Source: Massilicoli timonensis (GTDB lineage Bacteria; Bacillota_I; Bacilli_A; Erysipelotrichales; Erysipelotrichaceae). Taken from it: 32,000 nt of DNA. A program made the translations under genes and the position numbers. This document shows positions 1-7,259 of this stretch, piece after piece. The DNA is taken from assembly GCF_900199515.1 (NCBI RefSeq), contig NZ_LT963434.1, forward strand, positions 693,272 to 725,271, given 5' to 3'. Below the pieces are notes generated by a model, which was given only the letters and a program-made list of their open reading frames with translations, searched no databases and had not been told where the DNA came from. Within the stretch, counting starts at the first letter, position 1. Each line of letters opens with the position of its first letter.

Positions 1-711
1 TAATCTATTCACAATTTCTTTCATCGTATAATAAAAAAGTTCATCAATTCTTTCATATGAATCTTGCAACTTTTCATCACACAAAATTGTTTGAATTAAT
101 CCACTAGGCATATTTTTCCATGAAGATCGAGATTTACAAAACATTTTGGACAAGCGAACTATTTTTCTAAGTTTTCCATCTGAATTGTCATTTTGTGTTT
201 GAAACCATTCTGTTAAACCTTTAAGTTCCCTTTTTGTCCATTCATTTCCAGCATGTTCATAAATCCAACTATCACTTTGAGTATCATATGTTCTTCTATA
301 GACAGCAAAATCAATATGATAACCCTCTACGTATTTTATCCTAACACAACTTGTTTTCACTTCTGGTTCAGCATTGAATTGTTTTGTTTTTCTTTTGAGT
401 GCATTAGCAACCATATTCCTAGTTGCTTGAGCCCCTTTATCCCCAAGAGATGTTTTATCAAAAACAATTGCAACATCTATATCATAATCACCCTCATCAT
501 TTTGAATGATTGTAGATATTGCCATACTACCTTGTACACATGTTTCTACAATAGAATACGCTGTATCATATTCATCATTGTATTCCTTTAGTCCATCCTT
601 CAAACGTTGTATATTTAAGTTCTTTTTTGCATATAAGTTATCTTGGTTTCCTTGAGATAAAACAACATGCGAACTGTAAAATTCATTAAATTTAGACGAT
701 AAATCAAACAT
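1..711 (-). CDS. cGAS/DncV-like nucleotidyltransferase (CD-NTase / SMODS-type cyclase), 3' end cut by window edge
   Basis: Absent from the ORF track because no stop lies in the window. My translation from the ATG at 711 reads MFDLSSKFNEFYSSHVVLSQGNQDNLYAKKNLNIQRLKDGLKEYNDEYDTAYSIVETCVQGSMAISTIIQNDEGDYDIDVAIVFDK...CVRIKYVEGYHIDFAVY... It shows the pol-beta NTase signature G-S-x12-D-x-D plus a later third Asp (HIDFAVY). 237 codons stay open to position 1. Confidence 0.75.
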   Translation of the reverse strand, partial: MFDLSSKFNEFYSSHVVLSQGNQDNLYAKKNLNIQRLKDGLKEYNDEYDTAYSIVETCVQGSMAISTIIQNDEGDYDIDVAIVFDKTSLGDKGAQATRNMVANALKRKTKQFNAEPEVKTSCVRIKYVEGYHIDFAVYRRTYDTQSDSWIYEHAGNEWTKRELKGLTEWFQTQNDNSDGKLRKIVRLSKMFCKSRSSWKNMPSGLIQTILCDEKLQDSYERIDELFYYTMKEIVNRL

Positions 712-751
712 TTTTCAACCTAATATATATACATGACAATGTAAATGCCAC

Positions 752-780
752 TTATAAATATACCTTTTCCTTTCTATCAA
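752..780 (-). promoter_or_regulatory. candidate sigma70/sigmaA-type promoter for the cyclase gene
   Basis: The minus strand reads TTGATA (780..775), 17 nt, TTATAA (757..752), about 40 nt upstream of the ATG at 711. The context is AT-rich, so a chance match is possible. Confidence 0.3.
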
Positions 781-983
781 CATTTACTCATAGTTGATTT
801 TATTTAACAATTTCATATTGATTTGACCAAGAGATTTAAATATGTTATTCTTAACGAGATGAAATCATTATGCAAATAGCATATTTGAATCTCAGAACGC
901 ATTATTAAGTTATTGCCACTAACTTAATGATGTGTTTTTATTTACATCCATTTTGCATCACCTCCTTAAAGAAGAATCTTATA

Positions 984-1652
984 TCAATACCATGAATCTC
1001 TTTCATGTTGTAATTCTTCTTCCATATATGGATCATAATAGTCTACTCTTTTTGGAGCAATTGAATCTATAAATGTTTGATACTTTAAAACAATACTTTC
1101 ATCAATTACTCTCTCGTCATAAGAGCGATGACTAAAGTCTATTTTTCGAAGTGTATCCAATCGCTTTTTGGCTGCCGTTTTAGACACTTTAAACCAAGAC
1201 ATCAAATTTTCAACGGTAATTTGCTTTCCTCTATTTATTAACTCATTGATAATTTGTTCTGGCATTAACATCTGTGCCGCAAAAAAGTTCGTTTCAACTT
1301 CATAAATTCCATACATATTTTTATTATCTAAATCATGATTCAATTGAATATGACCAAATTCATGATTTAGACTAAAACGTTGTCTCTCTTTACTAGAAAT
1401 TTCTTCATTATAGAAAATTATTCCTTTTCCCTCTAAATTTTGATAAATTGCATCTTGAGAACCAAATGTTTTAATATCTATACCATACATTCCTGCTTTT
1501 AAGTAACTTCGACATGCAATATTAGTTTTCTCCTTAATAACCTTTTTTATTGAAAAGGGAAAAGTTTCTATAACAATTGAAGACACTAAAACATCATTTG
1601 CTTTTTCCAACGCTTTTTTAAAATCTGGTTTTAAGCAATCACTATAAATCAT
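984..1652 (-). CDS. ImmA/IrrE family metallo-endopeptidase (CapP-like)
   Basis: ORF track 984..1694. HEFGHIQLNH gives an HEXXH zinc-peptidase motif in a typical ImmA/IrrE context, directly downstream of an XRE gene. I moved the start to the ATG at 1652 (GAGGGGG Shine-Dalgarno 6 nt upstream), which gives an 11-nt overlap with the XRE stop. Confidence 0.85.
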   Translation of the reverse strand: MIYSDCLKPDFKKALEKANDVLVSSIVIETFPFSIKKVIKEKTNIACRSYLKAGMYGIDIKTFGSQDAIYQNLEGKGIIFYNEEISSKERQRFSLNHEFGHIQLNHDLDNKNMYGIYEVETNFFAAQMLMPEQIINELINRGKQITVENLMSWFKVSKTAAKKRLDTLRKIDFSHRSYDERVIDESIVLKYQTFIDSIAPKRVDYYDPYMEEELQHERDSWY

Positions 1653-2004
1653 CATCTTCCCCCTCATCATCATTAAATATATCGTCAAAAACAACTTTTA
1701 GCATTTTTTCTGCTTTTTGAATCTGTTGGTCATCAAGTTGTTCCAAACCACGTTGGATATATGAAAGTTTTTTATTCACTGTTTCAATTTCATCTTCTAC
1801 TCGATTTCCTAATAGATCATCAATAGAAATACTATATAATTTTGATATTTTTAATAAAATATCATCTCGAGGTACAACTCCTTTATTTTCCCACATACTA
1901 ACTGCACCTTTTGTAACGCCTAGTTGATCCGCAATTTCTTGCATAGTAAATTTGTTGTTACTACGTATTCGCTTAATTGCTTTACTAAACTCTTTATTCG
2001 CCAT
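1642..2004 (-). CDS. XRE-family helix-turn-helix transcriptional regulator (CapH/ImmR-like)
   Basis: ORF track 1642..2037. FTMQEIADQLGVTKGAVSMWENKGVVPRDDILLKISKLYSISIDDLLG is a classic HTH_XRE segment. The start is set to ATG 2004 (MANKEF...), preceded by AAGGAGG. The C-terminal tail is acidic. Confidence 0.85.
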   Translation of the reverse strand: MANKEFSKAIKRIRSNNKFTMQEIADQLGVTKGAVSMWENKGVVPRDDILLKISKLYSISIDDLLGNRVEDEIETVNKKLSYIQRGLEQLDDQQIQKAEKMLKVVFDDIFNDDEGEDDDL

Positions 2005-2041
2005 AATATCCTCCTTAGCACATTTTATTTTGTACAATTTA

Positions 2042-2070
2042 ATTATACATGTTTAATATTGTTTTGTAAA
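2042..2070 (-). promoter_or_regulatory. candidate promoter of the XRE-ImmA operon (extended -10)
   Basis: The minus strand reads TTTACA (2070..2065), 17 nt, TG-TATAAT (TATAAT = 2047..2042), about 38 nt upstream of the XRE ATG. Confidence 0.45.
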
Positions 2071-2204
2071 TATATATTTTACTTGTTTATTTAATTAAAC
2101 AAAAAAATCTTAACTACATTCATTATGTAATTCAGATCGGCGCTTTAAATTCGTGCGCGGGTGTGCCATACCTTTCAACTTTGGTGTTGCTATTTTCAAA
2201 CCTA

Positions 2205-2248
2205 TTTAACATTATGTGTGGGTATCTTTAACATTTGTGTGGATACCC
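2205..2248. repeat. two adjacent imperfect 22-bp direct repeats upstream of the transposase remnant
   Basis: TTTAACATTATGTGTGGGTATC (2205..2226) is directly followed by TTTAACATTTGTGTGGATACCC (2227..2248). GGGTATC and GATACCC also form a 7-bp inverted repeat. Confidence 0.5.
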
Positions 2249-2324
2249 TACTTTTACATATGAAAAAGCCTTCGTGTTATCATTTCTTTGCCGAGAAAAT
2301 ACACACGAAGGAGGTAATATACCT

Positions 2325-2611
2325 ATGTACGATTTTATCACAGATTTATTCAATATTGACAAAAAGATGATCAAAAAAATGAAGTAGTCTCTTCAAAAGA
2401 TTTAACCGTATTTCACATCTCTTTAGTGCCTGAAAAACTTAGATGCCCATATTGTCATGGCTTTACTCATTTACACGGATTTTCAAAACCTAAAGCAATC
2501 GATCATCCTAAGCTTACTGATCGTAAATGTATCATCGTTTTCAAAAACAACAGATATCAGTGCAATGAATGCCTGCGCACATTCTCTGGAAAAAATCCTT
2601 TTACTTTTTGA
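2325..2611 (+). pseudogene. ISL3-family transposase, N-terminal zinc-finger fragment (frameshifted and truncated)
   Basis: GGAGG followed by ATG 2325 gives MYDFITDLFNIDKKMIKKMK*. The reading then continues in another frame as ...VVSSKDLTVFHISLVPEKLRCPYCHGFTHLHGFSKPKAIDHPKLTDRKCIIVFKNNRYQCNECLRTFSGKNPFTF*. The CPxC...RYxCxxC pattern matches the zf-ISL3 N-terminus. The frameshift lies in an A-rich tract near 2360-2385. No HTH or DDE part follows. Confidence 0.6.
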
Positions 2612-3013
2612 TTAAAAACAGTATTTGAAAAGCAACCAGAGAACACAAAAATCAATCAAATCTTAGCTGTATTGAGTACACGTAAAATAGACAACGGTCA
2701 CTGTATACGCTATAAGAACAAGTATTACATACCTGTTACAAAAAACGGAATCAGGACATACTTGAAAAAAGGTACTACAGCCATGGTCATCGAATCCTTT
2801 GAAGGAAGTTTATATGTCAATATTCTTGATCAGCTTTTCGTTATGGTAGAAATTCCTGAACATGAAGAACTGTCTAAAACTTTTGATGTACAATATGAGA
2901 AACCTAAACAAAGAAAGTACTATATACCGTCTATGTCTCATCCTTGGAAACATGCTTCTTATCTCAATTATGTGGCAAAACAAAAGCACCGAATGAACGG
3001 TGCTAATGTTTGA
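2612..3013 (+). pseudogene. C-terminal fragment of a transposase/integrase-like protein (family uncertain)
   Basis: The frame is open from 2612, the same frame as the ISL3 fragment and separated from it only by the TGA at 2609..2611. TRKIDNGHCIRYKNKYYIPV...GTTAMVIESFEGSLYVNI resembles the beta-barrel C-terminal domain of Mu/rve-type transposases. There is no catalytic core and no credible start or RBS. Confidence 0.35.
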
Positions 3014-3073
3014 TTTTTTTTGGGACATTTTCATTTTCGCTTGACAGATATTAAAAGCGCTTTCCAAAAACAC

Positions 3074-3496
3074 CTATAACGCAAACAGGGCATTTTCATA
3101 GTCTTTGACATAGTATCTGATATTCTTCCTGCCTTTTTGGACAATCGTATGTCCTTCCGCTTCCAGCTTCTCTTTCTGTGCCTCAATGCCGCCGGGATAT
3201 TTTGCGTTTAATTCCCCATTTGCCTTTAATGTACGCCAATAAGGTGTTTCATCTTCAGAACGCTGATAACTTGCCCATGCAACAATCGAAACAAATATTC
3301 CTGCTGTAATCGGCTCCGTAAAATCAGCTCCACTTTGTTTTGCAAAATAATCTCTAATCGTACCTAGTGTAAGCAACTTACCAAAAGGCACAAGCCGCAT
3401 TACTTTGTCATATTCAATCGGCGGTGCAAAATACATTTTATCTCCGCCATACTTCTCTATGCTTTTCTTATCCGTAATCGTATGGAATTTGGGCAT
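3074..3496 (-). CDS. MGMT-family (alkyltransferase-like DNA-binding domain) protein, probably 5'-disrupted
   Basis: ORF track, 140 aa. ...ETPYWRTLKANGEL... resembles the P-C-H-R-V region of the O6-alkylguanine transferase DNA-binding domain without the Cys. The strong RBS and ATG lie upstream in another frame (see finding at 3457-3558). Confidence 0.5.
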   Translation of the reverse strand: MPKFHTITDKKSIEKYGGDKMYFAPPIEYDKVMRLVPFGKLLTLGTIRDYFAKQSGADFTEPITAGIFVSIVAWASYQRSEDETPYWRTLKANGELNAKYPGGIEAQKEKLEAEGHTIVQKGRKNIRYYVKDYENALFAL

Positions 3497-3643
3497 ATCC
3501 TTGCTATCGTGTAGAATTGTAGCATTGCATTAAAATCTTTTTTATCTTCATTTGCCATTGTCAGCACCTCCTGTACTCAAGTATAAGTCAAAGAAAAATC
3601 CTATGCAATGAGACGGTTTCAAAATTTCTATGTAATTTCAACT

Positions 3644-3838
3644 TTATGATTTGCTATCCAAAAGTGAAATCTTCATATTTTTGACATTGATAAGTGTTTC
3701 CTGCTTGCATTTCGGGCAGTATAAAGGGAAATTTTTCAGTTCTGTATCTTCTCGTATCATTGTGTGTTTTTTCCCACCGCAAACAGGGCATAAAATCCTT
3801 GCTTCCTTGTTCAGAGTAACCACCTTTCTCGCAAGCAC
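3644..3838 (-). CDS. cysteine-rich KTR-type small zinc-ribbon protein
   Basis: ORF track, 64 aa. Two CxxC pairs (CPVCGGKKHT ... CPKCKQET). Size and position next to a flavodoxin/TetR pair are typical of this family. Confidence 0.6.
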   Translation of the reverse strand: MLARKVVTLNKEARILCPVCGGKKHTMIREDTELKNFPLYCPKCKQETLINVKNMKISLLDSKS

Positions 3839-3840
3839 CC

Positions 3841-4368
3841 TTATTTCTCAAGATAGTCTATTAAGGGTAACAAATATTTTTCATCTGTCCAATCGCAGCT
3901 TTGTCCTACTGCACACATAAGTGCTTTCATCCATGGTTCATATGTGTCTGGATTTCTTTTTGCCACCGACTTTTGAAGCATTTTACACAAAGTCCTGTCC
4001 ATAAATTTCATCTTACTTTCATCCCAAGCTCCTCTACCATAAAAAAGCGGAATCTCTCTTAAATCCCCTGTTAAATTGTGTGTCTTGATTTCCGCAAACG
4101 CACTTTCGTCATAAGGTGAGGCACCAACACAGAATATCGCTATTTTCTTATTTCTCAAACTATTTATATTCTTTTTTAAGAAAGACAAGCCTGCTATTCC
4201 AGAGGCATATATACCACCACATAATAAGACTACTTCATAATTCATCACTTCACTAATCAACGCTTTCGGAGTTTCAACACATTCAAAACCTGTCATCTTG
4301 CGTAGCCATTCAACATATTTTTTTGTGGCTCCATATTTCGATTGATAAATAATAATCCCTTTTTTCAT
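3841..4368 (-). CDS. flavodoxin-domain protein
   Basis: ORF track, 175 aa. The N-terminus MKKGIIIYQSKYGATKKYVEWL is a typical flavodoxin-like FMN-binding start. Its stop lies 2 nt from the start of the downstream KTR gene. Confidence 0.75.
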   Translation of the reverse strand: MKKGIIIYQSKYGATKKYVEWLRKMTGFECVETPKALISEVMNYEVVLLCGGIYASGIAGLSFLKKNINSLRNKKIAIFCVGASPYDESAFAEIKTHNLTGDLREIPLFYGRGAWDESKMKFMDRTLCKMLQKSVAKRNPDTYEPWMKALMCAVGQSCDWTDEKYLLPLIDYLEK

Positions 4369-4410
4369 AGTCGATACCTTTCTTTCAAAATAGTTTATCA
4401 GCTTTTATGA

Positions 4411-4977
4411 TTATTCTTTAGAACATAATGCCTGCCTTAAAAAAGCTTCATAGGCAACTTCTTGCTGCGTATATATTTCATCGGTGGAAATCCCCGGTGT
4501 AGTTACTGAAAATATAGTGCCTATGCCGATGGTATAAATCAGCATATTCAAGTGTAACCGTTTTGCCTGTTTTATGCTGATATTCAATTTTTCCGCAATA
4601 AATTCAGCCATATGAGGATTCGTTTCTGATTGATACAAGTCATTCAATGAAGAAATCCCCTCTCTTTGATGTAAAATGAATATTCTGAATAAGTGAGGTT
4701 CCTCTTGTGCTAAACGAATGTATGAATTACCTGTACTCCGAAACAGATCGTCTTTGTTAATGTGCGTTGCTACATATTCCCGTATAAAGCAATTGATCTG
4801 TTCAACCACATCTTGCCGCAGCCCATCCATATTTTTGCAATAACTGTAAATGGGCTGAACAGAACACCCTATTTTATCAGCAATATTTTTCACCATAACC
4901 TGCTCCATACCGCTTTCCCTTGCAATCTCAAAAGCAGCATTAACGACCATTTCTTTTGTAATTCTCTGTTTTGGCAT
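4411..4977 (-). CDS. TetR/AcrR family transcriptional regulator
   Basis: ORF track, 188 aa. The N-terminal HTH is ITKEMVVNAAFEIARESGMEQVMVKNIADKIGCSVQPIYSYCKNMDGL. A GGAGG RBS sits upstream. Confidence 0.85.
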   Translation of the reverse strand: MPKQRITKEMVVNAAFEIARESGMEQVMVKNIADKIGCSVQPIYSYCKNMDGLRQDVVEQINCFIREYVATHINKDDLFRSTGNSYIRLAQEEPHLFRIFILHQREGISSLNDLYQSETNPHMAEFIAEKLNISIKQAKRLHLNMLIYTIGIGTIFSVTTPGISTDEIYTQQEVAYEAFLRQALCSKE

Positions 4978-4990
4978 TTCCTACCTCCTA

Positions 4991-5031
4991 TATAATACAG
5001 TTATATAATCTATTTATATAACTGTATTATA
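4991..5031. promoter_or_regulatory. perfect 18-bp inverted repeat, candidate TetR operator
   Basis: TATAATACAGTTATATAA (4991..5008), spacer tctat, TTATATAACTGTATTATA (5014..5031). It starts 14 nt upstream of the TetR ATG and overlaps TATAAT-like hexamers. Confidence 0.6.
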
Positions 5032-5110
5032 CAATGAATTTGTTATTTGTCAATTACGAAACAAACAAAAAAGGCAAAAAAGGCAGAGATTTCTCCCTGC
5101 CGCTTTGGTC

Positions 5111-5400
5111 TCATGCGAAGATGTTTTCTTTCTCCACAATTTCCATTGCACGCCCAAATATTATTCATTCTTTTTGTCCATTCTAAGGCGTTTTCTTCCT
5201 TCAGGCATTCCCGTAAAATACCCTGCGCGTGTTTCATCTGCTCTGTAAGTGTTTCAAAGCGTTCCTGTGCCTACCTGTCAATGTTGGCAAGGTAAGTATT
5301 CAGTTTTCCTCTTGTAAGCAGATTTGTGCAGGTAAGTCTTTGATATTCCTTTAAGTGTGCAAACCCACATGAATACAGTGTTTTTACGACATGCAAATTA
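5111..5400 (-). pseudogene. decayed tnpV-like gene (3' two-thirds)
   Basis: The minus-strand reading ...GFAHLKEYQRLTCTNLLTRGKLNTYLANIDR*AQERFETLTEQMKHAQG...EENALEWTKRMNNI... parallels the intact TnpV at 13186..13563 (NLLTSCKLNSYLAGVNEQAEEMFSRL...WVQRMNNIRNRAREIV). There is an in-frame TAG at 5271..5273. A frameshift precedes the ancestral C-terminus AMEIVEKENIFA*, whose stop is at 5111..5113. Confidence 0.6.
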
Positions 5401-5633
5401 TTCAAACTCGTTGCCGAGAACTACAACTTAACGCTTTTTGTTTATAAACCGTGTGATGTAGTTTTCGTATTATTCTGATAATCCATATTATACTGCCTGT
5501 ACGACGAGAATTTATCAATATCTTATCAGGTGCGATAAAACCGATGGTTGCGAGAAAAGAATAAGTGCAACCGGATTGGTTTTGCCAAATGTATTATAGC
5601 ACAAAGCGATATGCCTTGCAATAACTTTTTGAT

Positions 5634-5669
5634 TTTTTACACGCATATTTTTTGTTAATCGTGTAAAAA
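5634..5669. promoter_or_regulatory. 10-bp inverted repeat upstream of abiEi, candidate AbiEi operator
   Basis: TTTTTACACG (5634..5643), 16-nt spacer, CGTGTAAAAA (5660..5669). It lies immediately upstream of TTGTAA (5673..5678), 17 nt, TATACT (5696..5701). Confidence 0.4.
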
Positions 5670-5691
5670 TAGTTGTAATTTTTATCGATTA

Positions 5692-6354
5692 ATGCTATAC
5701 TATAATCACGCAAATAATAAAAAATGCGTGCAGAAAGTCGGTGAACTATTGAATAAACACGAAATAGCAATTGATGTTTTTAATAAAGTCGGAAGCATTG
5801 CGAAGACAGCAGACTTTGTTGCCGTCGGGCTAAAAAACTATGATGTCGTTTCCCTTTGCAATCAAGGTTATATAGAGCGTATTCGCAATGGCTTTTACAA
5901 ACTGCCTAACGCTGAAGAGCCAAAAGAAGAAGCTCTAATTTCTAAACTCCTGCCGCAAGGAATTGTTTGTGTAGAGTCTGCTCTATTTTATTATGGGTAC
6001 AGTGACTTTGCTCCTCGTGAATGGACAGTTGCTGTCCCCCGTTCCTTTTCAAGAGCAATCAAAGCAATGCAGGAAGTCCCTATCAAAGCTTATTATGTTC
6101 AGAACGAGTTTTACCATTACGGTGCTACTGTAGGTGACTTTAATGGTGTTGAATTAAAAGTTTATGACCGAGAGCGAACAATCTGTGATTGCTTTAAGTA
6201 TCGTTCAAAGCTTGATAGTGAAATGTTCAACAAAGCAATCAACGCTTATGTAGCAGATCCGAAAAAGAATCTCGCAAATCTTTCTAAATACGCAAAGGAT
6301 ATGGGCGTTTATACAAAACTTATGAATGTAATGGAGGTGCTGCTCAATGGCTGA
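5692..6354 (+). CDS. abiEi: type IV toxin-antitoxin/abortive-infection antitoxin AbiEi family protein
   Basis: ORF track, 220 aa. It has an N-terminal winged-HTH-like segment (GSIAKTADFVAVGLKNYDVVSLCNQGYIERIRNGFYKL) and a conserved C-terminal region (VYDRERTICDCFKY). It overlaps the downstream AbiEii gene by 8 nt. The true start is probably downstream of 5692 (GTG 5728 or TTG 5749), because the best -10 box lies inside the first codons. Confidence 0.8.
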   Translation: MLYYNHANNKKCVQKVGELLNKHEIAIDVFNKVGSIAKTADFVAVGLKNYDVVSLCNQGYIERIRNGFYKLPNAEEPKEEALISKLLPQGIVCVESALFYYGYSDFAPREWTVAVPRSFSRAIKAMQEVPIKAYYVQNEFYHYGATVGDFNGVELKVYDRERTICDCFKYRSKLDSEMFNKAINAYVADPKKNLANLSKYAKDMGVYTKLMNVMEVLLNG

Positions 6355-7243
6355 TATTGCCGCATCCGTGCTTGCACGACTGAAAAATAAGGCTGCCGAA
6401 AGCGGAAGAAGCTATCAGCTTTGTTTGCAGCTCTTTTGTCAGGAAGAATTTTTGCGCCGTTTGGAAAAATCCAAATATGCGGAAAATCTCGTTCTTAAAG
6501 GTGGTCTGTTTATTTACTCTGTTACCGACTTTGACAGCAGAGTAACGGTAGATGTTGATTTTCTTCTTCGGAGAGTACCAAATACTCCAGAACAGCTAAA
6601 ACCTGTACTGGAAGAAATCATATCCACGCCCACCGGCAATGATTTTATTACCTTTGAAATTAAAGATATTGCACCCATTGCAGTTGCAAAGAAATATGCC
6701 GGTATCGGAGCTTCTATTGTGGCTCGTATTAAAAACACACGAACGCCGTTTAGTATAGACTTTGGTGTGGGTGATGTTATCGTGCCGAAACAGGAAAAGA
6801 GAAAAATCCCGACACAGCTTGACGACTTCGCTGCGCCGGTAGTAAATACATATTCTCTTGAAACGACGATTGCTGAGAAAATAGACGCAATCCTCAGTCT
6901 GATGGAATTTTCCAGCCGAATGAAGGATTATTATGACATTTACTATCTTGCTAATAAATTTGATTTTGACGGCAAGGTGCTCACCGAAGCACTGAAGAAA
7001 ACTTTTGAAAATCGTGGACACGCCTTTACGATTGAACAGTTTGAACAGGTTATGAGCTTTGCAGACGATTCTGCTATGCAGAAAAAGTGGAAAGCATTCT
7101 GTCGGAAGATTGATACTCAAACTGATGATTTCAATACGGTGTTAAAAATAATTGAGGCGTTTTTGACAAAACCGTTTACAGTGGCGGTCAAAGGTGAAAA
7201 ATTTACTGAAAAATGGTCTGCCGCTAATGGCGAATGGATGTAA
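6347..7243 (+). CDS. abiEii: nucleotidyltransferase AbiEii/AbiGii family toxin
   Basis: ORF track, 298 aa. The N-terminus MADIAASVLARLKNKAAESGRSYQLCLQLFCQEEFLRRL...LVLKGG is characteristic of AbiEii. It is paired with AbiEi. Confidence 0.9.
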   Translation: MADIAASVLARLKNKAAESGRSYQLCLQLFCQEEFLRRLEKSKYAENLVLKGGLFIYSVTDFDSRVTVDVDFLLRRVPNTPEQLKPVLEEIISTPTGNDFITFEIKDIAPIAVAKKYAGIGASIVARIKNTRTPFSIDFGVGDVIVPKQEKRKIPTQLDDFAAPVVNTYSLETTIAEKIDAILSLMEFSSRMKDYYDIYYLANKFDFDGKVLTEALKKTFENRGHAFTIEQFEQVMSFADDSAMQKKWKAFCRKIDTQTDDFNTVLKIIEAFLTKPFTVAVKGEKFTEKWSAANGEWM

Positions 7244-7259
7244 TTAGGAGGACGAGAAA

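Noticed and set aside
253-591. 112-aa plus-strand ORF from the track
   Set aside because: It lies antisense inside the CD-NTase reading frame. The protein is low-complexity and rich in Cys, Ile and Phe, with no RBS. The opposite strand encodes a protein with clear family motifs.
2161-2370. 69-aa plus-strand ORF
   Set aside because: It has no RBS and an odd composition. It spans the non-coding repeats and RBS region of the ISL3 remnant and runs out of frame with the recognisable transposase start at 2325.
3651-3920. Overlapping ORFs 3651-3920 (+) and 3654-3851 (-) around the KTR gene
   Set aside because: Only the 3644-3838 minus-strand frame yields the paired CxxC zinc-ribbon pattern and abuts the flavodoxin gene in operon fashion. 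The others are alternative-frame artefacts.
5043-5237. 64-aa minus-strand ORF as an intact gene
   Set aside because: It is a chimeric reading across a frameshifted tnpV remnant. The upstream part continues past an in-frame TAG, and the ancestral C-terminus is in another frame.
6596-7120. 174-aa minus-strand ORF, and similarly 15317-15901 on the plus strand (194 aa)
   Set aside because: Both are antisense to well-supported genes (AbiEii and the AAA ATPase). Neither has motifs or an RBS.
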